A stretch of DNA of 64,000 bases from Desulfobacterales bacterium (GCA_963662235.1 OY759308.1:927070-991069), one strand, 5' to 3'; positions 19,081 through 28,108 are shown, counted from the stretch's first letter. A program made the numbers and translations. Notes: a model not told the origin generated them from the sequence alone.

Positions 19081-19722
19081 ATGACCTACACCATCGATGA
19101 TATAATAAAACAGGTCAATTTTATGATTATTGCGGTTGTCGTCTCTTGTCTTATTAATATACTTTTATTTGCTATCTTGCCTCATTTTTTGAATTTTAAA
19201 AAAGCAATCAAAAGAGATATTGCGTCTATTACGCCTATAACTATTTGTGCACTAAATCAAAAAGCTTCTGATACTCATAGAATAGTGTCTTCTCCTCATA
19301 AAAAAATTATTCCTAAAAAACTTATAAACTTAAAAACGCCTCAATTTGATGTTGCTTCTCTAAAAGGGAAAGATGTTGCCTTTAAAATTACTCAAAATAG
19401 GCCCATCTTAGATAGAGATAAGATATATAATTTAAAAGAGGTAGAAATTGCACCTATTCTATCTTTTAGAGCTGCTCCTCTTTATCCTTATCGTGCAAAA
19501 AGGCTCAATATAGAAGGATATGTAAAAGTTAAATTTTTAGTGAATAAGAGAGGGGATGTTTCAAAGATTGAGATACTTAAAGCAAAGCCCGAAGGCTTTT
19601 TTGAAGATAGTGTAAAAAAAAGTGTGTCTTTATGGAAATTTCATTCGGCAGAAATAGATGGGCAAAGTGTTGCCATCTGGTTTGAAACAACAATTGAGTT
19701 TAATCTTAAAGAGGACAAATAA
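19081..19722 (+). CDS. tonB: TonB-family energy transducer
   Basis: Start taken at ATG 19081 (MTYTIDDII...), just after the exbD stop. N-terminal TM anchor and a C-terminal TonB domain (YPYRAKRLNIEGYVKVKFLVNKRGDV...). Confidence 0.75.
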   Translation: MTYTIDDIIKQVNFMIIAVVVSCLINILLFAILPHFLNFKKAIKRDIASITPITICALNQKASDTHRIVSSPHKKIIPKKLINLKTPQFDVASLKGKDVAFKITQNRPILDRDKIYNLKEVEIAPILSFRAAPLYPYRAKRLNIEGYVKVKFLVNKRGDVSKIEILKAKPEGFFEDSVKKSVSLWKFHSAEIDGQSVAIWFETTIEFNLKEDK

Positions 19723-19725
19723 CTT

Positions 19726-20526
19726 TTGAGAAGGTTAACTTTAACAATTTTAATTTTCTTTTTAACTGCATCTTTTTCTTATGCATTTGGCATCGTAGAG
19801 GAGGCAAGAAAATTAATAAAAGAGAAAAAATATAAAGAGGCTATAAAACTTCTTAAAGATAGAGATGATACTGTTTCTATTACACTTCTGGCAAAGGCGT
19901 ATAAACAAGAAGAAAAATATGAAGAAGCAGCTACGGCAATGCTTAAAGGATGGGAAGTTACAAAAAATAAAGATTTTTTATACAATGCGTCTATCTACTA
20001 CATCTTAGCAGATAAACCTATAAAATCTTTAACTTACTTTAAAATATATTCACACATTGTCTCTGAAAGTGACAATGTTTTGATGGGAGATCTCTATTAT
20101 AGAGCAGGTGTCCCATTAAAAGCAGCAGAGTACTATATGAAAGAACTTAAAATCAATCCTTGTGTCTCAATATATGAGAGAATTTCGTCTGCTTATATTT
20201 CTGCTTATAAAAACGATAAAGCCAAAGAAATACTCATAGAGGGGACAAAAGAGACTAAAGCCCAAAAACTTTTTAAGCTTTTAGGGGCAATTTTTTATGA
20301 AGAGAAAAATTTTAAAGAAGCCCTCAATGTGTTTGAAGAGGGAATAATTCAAAAAAAAGATGGGGAACTATTGATGTTTAAAGCTTATACAGCCCTTGCA
20401 TTAAACAGGGTCGATATTGCGAAAGTATCATTTAAAGAGGCTATGCTTTTTCCTGATAAAAAAAAAGAGGCCGAAAAATATTTAAAACATTTTTGTCAAA
20501 AGGAGACTTTCAAAGATGAAATATAA
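19726..20526 (+). CDS. Secreted TPR-repeat protein (TtpD-like position in TonB2-type clusters)
   Basis: Signal peptide MRRLTLTILIFFLTASFSYA and repeated A/Y/L-rich helical pairs (KYKEAIKLL, KYEEAATAM, NFKEALNVF). TTG start. Confidence 0.55.
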   Translation: MRRLTLTILIFFLTASFSYAFGIVEEARKLIKEKKYKEAIKLLKDRDDTVSITLLAKAYKQEEKYEEAATAMLKGWEVTKNKDFLYNASIYYILADKPIKSLTYFKIYSHIVSESDNVLMGDLYYRAGVPLKAAEYYMKELKINPCVSIYERISSAYISAYKNDKAKEILIEGTKETKAQKLFKLLGAIFYEEKNFKEALNVFEEGIIQKKDGELLMFKAYTALALNRVDIAKVSFKEAMLFPDKKKEAEKYLKHFCQKETFKDEI

Positions 20527-22567
20527 AAAATTTATATTATCTATTTTCATTTTATTTATCTATTTTAACGTTGCCTTAGCTGAGACAAATAAGCTTGAAA
20601 AAGTTACTGTCACTGCAACAAAAAAAGAAGGCACCGTTTTAACATCGCCGATATCTATCTCTGTTATTGATAAAGAGACGATAAAAACTAAAAGTGTCGT
20701 ATCAGTTGAAGACCTTTTAAGAGATGTCCCAGGAGTAGAAATCACTACAAGAAGTGGTATGGGTAAATCCAAAGCCATTTATATAAGAGGTGAAAAAAGG
20801 GCATTAATTCTTGTAGACGGACAAAAAATATCTGAACAAAAATCTATGGGTACCGCTCCACCACTTCTTATCGATACAAACTCAATTGAAAGAATTGAAG
20901 TTATCAAAGGCCCTGCTTCTACTTTATATGGTTCTGATGCAATAGGTGGTGTTGTAAATATAATAACCAAAAAAAAAGCTGATAAAGTTGTTCAAGGTAG
21001 TGTTTCTGGTGCATACAACTCTTCAACAAAAGGCAGTGATTTTTCTGCTACTATCTACGGGGGAAAAGATAAACTAAGCTATGATGTCGCTGCATCTTCT
21101 TCTCGGCATAAAGATTTAGAATCGGCAAAAGGGAAGGTGGACAATACAGGAAGCGAGTCTGAAAGTGTATCTTTAGGATTTGGTTACAATTTTAGTGACA
21201 ATTTTAAAGCAGAAGTATCATACGATAAATTCACATCTGATATAGAGACACACGCAGAACCAGATGCATCTGAAGGTCAAACATATTTTTTCTTAGATTT
21301 ACCTCAGTGGGATAGAGAAAAATATTCAATCTCCCTTGAAGGCAAAGATATAAGTAGCAATTTAAAGAAAGTGTATTTAGGGGCTTACTCTCAAAATACG
21401 ATTAAGGATTTTGTAAACAATATGGATGTTGAGCAAAATATGGGGGCAATGGGCGTTAATACTATGGAGATAAGAATAAATATGCTCAACGACCAAGACA
21501 CGCAAGGAGTAACAGCTCAAACAGATTGGCTTTTCAGTAACCACTATTTAATATTTGGAGTCGATTACTTAAAAGATGAGTTAGATGCAAAAGAGAGTAA
21601 GAAGATTACAAATTCATTACCAATGATGATGTCAATTAACAGTGATAATGACTACTATTATAAAGGCGAAAATAAGACATTAGCTTTTTTTGTTCAGGAC
21701 GACATAAGTCTTTCTGAAAAGTTTACATTAATAGCAGGTTTAAGATTTTCTGATTACGATTCCGAGCTTTCCAGTACAAACAATCCACAAAGTTCTGAAA
21801 AAGATAGTAGCGACAGCAATGTTACGGGAAGTTTAAATCTTGTTTTTGCAAAATCTCAAAATACTACTTTTAGGATAGGCTATGCTCAAGGTTATAGAAC
21901 TCCTACACTTATGGAATCGTATATCGGAACGCAACATGGAAATGAAGATTTTTGCTATTCAAATAACGATTTAAAGGCAGAAACATCAGACAATTATGAA
22001 ATTGGAGCAAGATTTTCATCTAATAATTTAAGCCTTGATTCAGCACTTTTTTATAATGCCAGTGAAGATTATATAACGACTGGAACTGTAGATGGTAAAA
22101 AACAATTTATAAATATGGATGAATCAACAAGCAAGGGGGTTGAACTTAGCTTGAACTACTTAATAGAAAAGCTGAATCTAACACCTTATCTAAGTGCGAC
22201 ATATATTAATAGAGAGTATAAAAAAGAAGGATTTGAAACAGACAAAACAGGGCTTCCAGATTATAGTGGTAGATTTGGTGTGGAATACACAAAAGAATTT
22301 GCCTCTCTAATATTTAAAAGCGATTTCTTTTTAAGGTTTGCTTCTGAGGCTGAAAAAGAAGAACAAACAAAAAAAGGTGTAAAGATAACTAAGTATAAAT
22401 CGTGGACAACAGCAAATTTAAATTTAGGGCTTAGTTTTGGAAAAGATAGTAACTACTCTTTAAATGCTGAACTCGGAAACCTTTTTGATAAAGAGTATAA
22501 AGTTGCAAACGCCGATTTTGATGAAGCTGGAAGATATGGAATAGTAAAATTAACAGTCAATTTCTAA
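20516..22567 (+). CDS. TonB-dependent outer-membrane receptor
   Basis: 683 aa. Signal peptide, TonB-box-like KLEKVTVTATK, plug-domain motifs (IRGE...LVDG, IEVIKGPASTLYGSDAIGGVVNIITK) and a C-terminal ...KLTVNF with terminal Phe. Confidence 0.9.
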   Translation: MKYKKFILSIFILFIYFNVALAETNKLEKVTVTATKKEGTVLTSPISISVIDKETIKTKSVVSVEDLLRDVPGVEITTRSGMGKSKAIYIRGEKRALILVDGQKISEQKSMGTAPPLLIDTNSIERIEVIKGPASTLYGSDAIGGVVNIITKKKADKVVQGSVSGAYNSSTKGSDFSATIYGGKDKLSYDVAASSSRHKDLESAKGKVDNTGSESESVSLGFGYNFSDNFKAEVSYDKFTSDIETHAEPDASEGQTYFFLDLPQWDREKYSISLEGKDISSNLKKVYLGAYSQNTIKDFVNNMDVEQNMGAMGVNTMEIRINMLNDQDTQGVTAQTDWLFSNHYLIFGVDYLKDELDAKESKKITNSLPMMMSINSDNDYYYKGENKTLAFFVQDDISLSEKFTLIAGLRFSDYDSELSSTNNPQSSEKDSSDSNVTGSLNLVFAKSQNTTFRIGYAQGYRTPTLMESYIGTQHGNEDFCYSNNDLKAETSDNYEIGARFSSNNLSLDSALFYNASEDYITTGTVDGKKQFINMDESTSKGVELSLNYLIEKLNLTPYLSATYINREYKKEGFETDKTGLPDYSGRFGVEYTKEFASLIFKSDFFLRFASEAEKEEQTKKGVKITKYKSWTTANLNLGLSFGKDSNYSLNAELGNLFDKEYKVANADFDEAGRYGIVKLTVNF

Positions 22568-22572
22568 AAAGA

Positions 22573-22631
22573 CTGTGGTGACATAAGCGCTGCTTTGCAA
22601 AACCAAAGCAAAACAGAGCATTATGTCACAG
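22573..22631 (+). other. Nested hairpin in the receptor / radical-SAM intergenic spacer
   Basis: CTGTG(GT)GACATAA ... TTATGTCACAG outer stem enclosing a GCTTTG-CAAAAC-CAAAGC inner hairpin. No U-tract follows. Confidence 0.5.
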
Positions 22632-22666
22632 CCTCTAAAAGAAGGTGAGAAGGTGGAAAAATAAAA

Positions 22667-24241
22667 ATGGAATGGACTAAGGAAGCAAAAACCTATTTTG
22701 ATAATGTTCCCAAATTTGTTCAAAATAGCGTTAAAGCAAAAATTCAAAAAAAAGCACAAGCCGAAGGGGTCGATTTAATAGATATTAAATTTTTGTTAGA
22801 TGCAAAAGACTCTATGATGGGTGGTAAAAAAAAAAGTGAATTTCAAAAAGAGGAAAACAGTAGGCGTAATGTAGGGAAGGCAAATCTTGTTACTTCTCAA
22901 ATTGTTGAAGATTATGAGAAAGCATTTTTTGCAAAAGAAAATGTAGACCCTCTAACTGGTGCGTTTGACAATAAAACTGCTGTGCATGCTGCAATGGGTG
23001 GGGAAAAACTTGTAGCACAAAAAGATAATCAAAAAATTTGGAATAAAATATCAAACATAAAAAGAGAAAAAGATACAACTGCCTATTTTCATATTCCTTT
23101 TTGTCATAACCATTGTGCTTATTGCGGATTTTATATGAATTCCACAAAGAAAGCATCGAGCGAAAAATATACTGATGCTTTGATAAAAGAGATAAGATTA
23201 GACAGCGATAAAAAGGCCTTTACCTCTTTCCCTATAAGAGCTGTTTACTTTGGGGGTGGCACTCCTACAGTCTTAAAACCTAACGATATAATAAGGCTTT
23301 TAAGAGAGATAAAGAAGGAGCTGCCACTTTCCAATGATTGTGAAATCACAATTGAAACAACAGTAAATGACCTTGATGATTATATGCTTGAAGCTTGTAT
23401 TGAAGGAGGGGCAAACAGATTTTCCGTAGGTGTTCAAACTTTTGATACTTTTATAAGAAGAAGTCTTGGTAGAAAAAAAGAGTATAAGGAGGTTGTCAAA
23501 GTTTTAGAAAAAGCACTTAAAACAAATGAAGCTGTTATCATTATTGATCTTATTTATGGTTTGCCCGGTCAAAATATGAGTGTGTGGGAGAACGATATAG
23601 AAAACTTGGTAGAGCTTAAGTTAGACGGAGCAGATTTATATCAATTAAATATTTTTAAAGGGAGTCCTTTGGATGTTGCATATAAAAAAGGCAAGCTTCC
23701 CAAGCCTGCAACTATTAAAGAGCAAGCAAGAATGTTTGAAATGGGAGTTGAGCTTATGATGGCAAATCGTTTCAAAAGACTTTCTATGAACCATTGGGGG
23801 AGAGGGACAAAAGAGAGAAATATCTACAACTCTTTTTCATTAAAAGGAGCTGAAACATTAGGGTTTGGCTCAGGAGCAGGCGGTGTCCTTTCGGGCTATT
23901 CATACCATATGGAACGAAATCTTGATAAATATTTTAGTGCTATTGATGAGAATAAAAAACCTATTTCTATTATGATGGCTCATTCTAAAACTAAGCCTTT
24001 GGCAAATAGCATTGCAGGAAGTTTTGAGACAGGTTCTCTTAATTTTTTTGAAATAAAAAAAGAGCATAATGTTGATATTGGAGAAATTGCAAAACCCCTT
24101 TTAAAACAGTGGGAAAAAGCAGGGTTGATAATAATAAAAGATGGTTGGTTAGATCTTACAATTGCAGGAGAGTTTTGGCGTGTTAATCTTGCAAAAGCCG
24201 TTATTGATTACACTAAAATTGTTTTAAACGAGGAAACTTAA
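22667..24241 (+). CDS. HemN-family class C radical SAM enzyme (ChuW/HutW-like candidate) with an N-terminal PCP_red-like extension
   Basis: CHNHCAYC (CxxxCxxC) cluster motif, plus YFGGGTPT and DLIYGLPGQ as in HemN/HemW/ChuW. The first ~50 aa (EWTKEAKTYFDNVPKFVQNSVKAKIQKKAQAEGVDLIDIKFL) follow the pattern of the BchB/ChlB C-terminal domain. Confidence 0.65.
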   Translation: MEWTKEAKTYFDNVPKFVQNSVKAKIQKKAQAEGVDLIDIKFLLDAKDSMMGGKKKSEFQKEENSRRNVGKANLVTSQIVEDYEKAFFAKENVDPLTGAFDNKTAVHAAMGGEKLVAQKDNQKIWNKISNIKREKDTTAYFHIPFCHNHCAYCGFYMNSTKKASSEKYTDALIKEIRLDSDKKAFTSFPIRAVYFGGGTPTVLKPNDIIRLLREIKKELPLSNDCEITIETTVNDLDDYMLEACIEGGANRFSVGVQTFDTFIRRSLGRKKEYKEVVKVLEKALKTNEAVIIIDLIYGLPGQNMSVWENDIENLVELKLDGADLYQLNIFKGSPLDVAYKKGKLPKPATIKEQARMFEMGVELMMANRFKRLSMNHWGRGTKERNIYNSFSLKGAETLGFGSGAGGVLSGYSYHMERNLDKYFSAIDENKKPISIMMAHSKTKPLANSIAGSFETGSLNFFEIKKEHNVDIGEIAKPLLKQWEKAGLIIIKDGWLDLTIAGEFWRVNLAKAVIDYTKIVLNEET

Positions 24242-24250
24242 TTATAGCTT

Positions 24251-24796
24251 ATGAAGCTTTATAAAAAAAAATATTGGGAGACGGGAGAGCTTGTTACAAT
24301 AGGGGTTTTTGCAGCTCTTATCAAAATTTCAACAATACTTGTTGCAGTTGCAGGTGGCGGTATGAATCCTATTACATTGGTTTTGAAAAATGTTATAGCA
24401 ACCTCTCTTTTGATAATTTTAATTCATAAAGTGAAAAAGTTTGGGGTTCTAACACTTTTTACGATAATCACTTCCATTGTCTCTTTTTTACTCCTTGGCA
24501 ATAATATGGCTTTTTTTCCGGGTGCCATCTTTTTTAGTTTTGTCTGTGATGCTATTATTCACTATTTTGGCAAAGGCGAAAAAACTTTTGTGATTATACT
24601 CGTGGTTGGAATTTTTGATTTTTCATCTCGCTTTGTTTCTCTTTGTTATTCATGGTTTTTATTTAAGGAAACAATAGAGCTTTTTATTGTAGGTGCGACA
24701 ATTGTAGCTGTTGGGTATTTAGGTTGTCTTATAGGTCTTATTACAGGTTCTATCTTTGCAAAAGAGTTAAAACATGCAGGGATTATAAAAGCATAA
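24251..24796 (+). CDS. Small polytopic membrane protein, putative ECF-transporter substrate-capture (S) component
   Basis: 181 aa with about 6 hydrophobic helices. Lies directly upstream of an EcfT-like gene and a fused double-ATPase gene. The assignment is by architecture and position only. Confidence 0.45.
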   Translation: MKLYKKKYWETGELVTIGVFAALIKISTILVAVAGGGMNPITLVLKNVIATSLLIILIHKVKKFGVLTLFTIITSIVSFLLLGNNMAFFPGAIFFSFVCDAIIHYFGKGEKTFVIILVVGIFDFSSRFVSLCYSWFLFKETIELFIVGATIVAVGYLGCLIGLITGSIFAKELKHAGIIKA

Positions 24797-24812
24797 AAAG
24801 GTTTAACACAAA

Positions 24813-25550
24813 GTGAATTTGAAAGAAGGAAAAAATTTTGTAGAAGCTCTTGATATTAGAACAAAGATGATAATTTCCATTTTGGCATCTTTGACAGTTA
24901 TAATCATTCAAGAGCTCGCTCCTTTATTGATTCTTTTATCAATAAGTTTTTTATATCTTTTTTGCTATCGGAAGTTCAAACTCATTTTTTTCTCATATGC
25001 TTTTTTATTTTTTATGTTTTTATTAGCTGTTTTTTGCGTTTGGATACTTTTAAAAATGGTGCCTGATATGGCAAGCAGAGGAATTTTGATATTTTTCAAG
25101 CCTTTTTTAAGAGTTGCGATTTTAATGAACACAACTCTTGTTCTTGTAGCTTCTGCAAGAGTGAGTGATCTTTTATCTGTTTTAAAATCTTTAAAAATCC
25201 CTTTTTTTTTATTTTTGCCTGCAACTGTTATGATAAGATTTATTCCAAGCTTTATAAACGATACAAAGCAAGTTGTAGAGAGTTTGAAAATGAAAGGGCA
25301 TAATATTAATCCTATTTCAATAACTTTTAAGCCCGTTTTAACTACACGCCTTCTTTTTATTCCTCTTGTTGTAAAATCTTTAAGGACAGCCGATGACCTT
25401 TCTGTTGCATCTGAGCTTAAAGGCTTTGGTTATTATAAAAACATTACCTCAATAAACAAAAACAAGTTTGCCTATCCCGATTATTTGATTCTTTTTGTTA
25501 CCTTTTCTTTTATTGTTTTAAGCTTACTTATGAATTTCAAACTGTTATGA
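24813..25550 (+). CDS. ECF transporter transmembrane (T) component, CbiQ/EcfT family
   Basis: 245 aa, polytopic, of the size and topology of EcfT. GTG start. Translationally coupled to the ATPase (overlap at 25547-25550). Confidence 0.55.
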   Translation: MNLKEGKNFVEALDIRTKMIISILASLTVIIIQELAPLLILLSISFLYLFCYRKFKLIFFSYAFLFFMFLLAVFCVWILLKMVPDMASRGILIFFKPFLRVAILMNTTLVLVASARVSDLLSVLKSLKIPFFLFLPATVMIRFIPSFINDTKQVVESLKMKGHNINPISITFKPVLTTRLLFIPLVVKSLRTADDLSVASELKGFGYYKNITSINKNKFAYPDYLILFVTFSFIVLSLLMNFKLL

Positions 25551-26944
25551 TAAAGTTTAAAAATGTTACATATAGATACCCTTTTCAAGAAGAGAATGCG
25601 GTAAATTCAATTTCTATGCATATAAAAAAAGGGGAGACAGTATTGTGCACTGGAGCAAGTGGATGCGGGAAATCTACATTGATAAATCTGATAAATGGTC
25701 TTGCACCACACTATTTTAAAGGAGAAATAGAAGGTGATGTCTTTGTCAACGGGATAAATAATAGAGATAGAAAAATTTATGAAATATCAAAAGATGTAGG
25801 TACGCTTTTTCAAGACCCCGAACATCAATTTTTTACCCTTAATGTCAAAGATGAACTTGCATTTGGGTTGGAATGCAAAGGTGTTGACGAAAAAATAATA
25901 GAAGAGGCCATATCAAAAGTTGAAAAAGATTTCTTCTTAACTCCCATTATCAATTCATATATCTTTCATCTATCAGAAGGCGAAAAGCAAAAAGTTGCTC
26001 TTGCTTCAATTTTTCTTCAAAAGCCATCAATACTTATTCTTGATGAGCCAAGTGCAAACTTGGATATTAAATCGGCAAAAGAGTTAGCAGAAAAATTGGC
26101 AGCTTTAAAAGAATCTGGAATGACAATATTTATAGTTGATCATAGGCTCTATTGGCTAAAAGATATCGTTGACAGAGTTTTTATTTTAAAAGAAGGCAAT
26201 ATCTGTGAAGAAGGAGATTTTTCAATAGTAGAAAAAAAGCAAAAAGAGTATGGGCTTAGAAGCTCTTTTGTATGTCATAGCAATAAAGAAGAGATAGTTT
26301 TTAAGAGTTTTTTAAAAGAAGGTGTGGATATAGAGAATATGAGTTTTTTTCATAAAGGAGACAAAACTATCTTTTCTTCTTTTAATGCATCAATCCCATC
26401 AAAAAAAGTTGTTGCTATTGTTGGCGAAAATGGTGCAGGGAAAACCACATTTGCAAGAATTTTAACAGGTTTAAATAAATTACAAGATGGGAAAATATAT
26501 TTAAAAGGAGAAAGTATAAAACCCAAAGACCTTTTAAAAAAAAGCTCTTTGGTTCTTCAAAATACAGATTATCAGCTCCATATGAAAACTGTCGAAGAGG
26601 AGCTTGAAGTGTGTCATAAAAAGGAAAAAGAGTATACAACTACACTCCTCGATTTTTTTGGATTAAAAAAATTTGCCAAGAGACACCCACAATCTCTTTC
26701 GGCTGGTCAAAAACAAAGAGTTGTTATCGCAGCAGCAATTGCAAAAGAACCTGAAATTTTAATACTTGATGAACCTACCAGCGGACTTGATGGTGTTAAT
26801 ATGGATATTGTTGCAAAAGCCATAAAGAACGCCACTTCTCAAGGAGTATCTGTTTTTATCATTACACACGATTTAGAACTGATAGAAAAATGCTCTACTC
26901 ATATCCTTAAAATAGAAAAACCAAACTGTACAAAGAGCTCATAA
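25547..26944 (+). CDS. ECF-type ABC ATPase, fused double-cassette (EcfA-EcfA')
   Basis: Two Walker A motifs (GASGCGKST, GENGAGKTT), two signature motifs (LSEGEKQKV, LSAGQKQRV) and two Walker B motifs (ILILDEPS, ILILDEPT). Confidence 0.85.
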   Translation: MIKFKNVTYRYPFQEENAVNSISMHIKKGETVLCTGASGCGKSTLINLINGLAPHYFKGEIEGDVFVNGINNRDRKIYEISKDVGTLFQDPEHQFFTLNVKDELAFGLECKGVDEKIIEEAISKVEKDFFLTPIINSYIFHLSEGEKQKVALASIFLQKPSILILDEPSANLDIKSAKELAEKLAALKESGMTIFIVDHRLYWLKDIVDRVFILKEGNICEEGDFSIVEKKQKEYGLRSSFVCHSNKEEIVFKSFLKEGVDIENMSFFHKGDKTIFSSFNASIPSKKVVAIVGENGAGKTTFARILTGLNKLQDGKIYLKGESIKPKDLLKKSSLVLQNTDYQLHMKTVEEELEVCHKKEKEYTTTLLDFFGLKKFAKRHPQSLSAGQKQRVVIAAAIAKEPEILILDEPTSGLDGVNMDIVAKAIKNATSQGVSVFIITHDLELIEKCSTHILKIEKPNCTKSS

Positions 26945-26948
26945 CAAC

Positions 26949-26982
26949 AAAAGGAGGCTAAAGAATATAGCCTCCTTTTGTG
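26949..26982. terminator. Bidirectional rho-independent terminator between convergent genes
   Basis: AAAAGGAGGCTA / TAGCCTCCTTTT 12-bp stem. Confidence 0.8.
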
Positions 26983-27043
26983 TATTATCATTTTTATAAG
27001 GAGGTTAAAAAAATGAATAATTATTAATTTAAATGGCGAGCTA

Positions 27044-28108
27044 TTAAAACTCAATTGCGAGTTGTGTTGTAAATGTATCTATTTCTTTTTTTGCATCACC
27101 TTCAAATTCTTGTTGCAGAAGCTCAAAAGACAAGCTGGTATTATCAAAGATGCCCCAGCTTAATACAACGCCAGATTCAGTTTCTGGTAAAAATTCAGCA
27201 CCATCATCAGAGCTACCATAACGAGCTGCTAATTCTATAGTATCTGAAATTGCTACACCAAATTCTACATTTAAGGCTTTTGGCTGCCTTTTTGTTGTCT
27301 CTCCTGTATCATAAAGTTCCCCTTTTTCAAAGCTGTCTGAAGCAGCAATATACTCTCCTGTAAGTTTAAAACGGTCAGCGAACTCATAGGAAACAAAAGC
27401 ACTATAACCAGCTACTATTGATTTTAAAACTTTATCAGTAGTTTTAACTTCTTCATTAAGTCCAGATGCCCCTGCTAAATTTGAAATATAAGATGCACTA
27501 ATATTAAAACCTTCAAAAGGGCTTAATGTAGCACTTGCAAAAAAACTGTCTACCTTATCATCTTCATCTTTTTCTTGAGCGGTAGCATTGAATAGACCTA
27601 ATGATACATCAAATTTTTCATCTGCACCTTTATATCCTGCTATTAATGAAGCAATATTCGATTCCCCTAATGTTAGTGTAACTGGGTCTGTGACAAAATG
27701 GGTCTCATAATTTCCGAAAGGCACAACTAATTTACCTGCAACTACATAAGGGGAGGCATTTCCTTTGCCTGTAATAGTAATGAATCCTTCATCTACTTCA
27801 ATTTTGCCGTCATCATTTTTTTTCAATACAACAGAACCTTCTGCATTGTTACCAGTTGCTACGTTTATACCTAATTCAAAATTACCTAATCCAAGTTCTC
27901 CTTTTTTTTCATCTTGAGAGCCCTTCTTGGAAGTTGTTTGATTTTTAAATTCAACTTCAATCGCTCCACTAAATTGGATATGATTATTTTTAGCGGCACT
28001 CTCTTCCAGTTTTTTTATTCTTTCTTCAATCGTTTCTTGTGCCATAGCATAGGAAGTCATTCCTAAAGTAACAAGCGTTAATAAAATCAAAACGAAACCT
28101 TTTTTCAT
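27044..28108 (-). CDS. Outer-membrane porin with a short N-terminal coiled coil
   Basis: Signal peptide MKKGFVLILLTLVTLGMTSYAMA, then ETIEERIKKLEESAAKNN, then a beta-strand-rich region ending ...TQLAIEF. Confidence 0.65.
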   Translation of the reverse strand: MKKGFVLILLTLVTLGMTSYAMAQETIEERIKKLEESAAKNNHIQFSGAIEVEFKNQTTSKKGSQDEKKGELGLGNFELGINVATGNNAEGSVVLKKNDDGKIEVDEGFITITGKGNASPYVVAGKLVVPFGNYETHFVTDPVTLTLGESNIASLIAGYKGADEKFDVSLGLFNATAQEKDEDDKVDSFFASATLSPFEGFNISASYISNLAGASGLNEEVKTTDKVLKSIVAGYSAFVSYEFADRFKLTGEYIAASDSFEKGELYDTGETTKRQPKALNVEFGVAISDTIELAARYGSSDDGAEFLPETESGVVLSWGIFDNTSLSFELLQQEFEGDAKKEIDTFTTQLAIEF

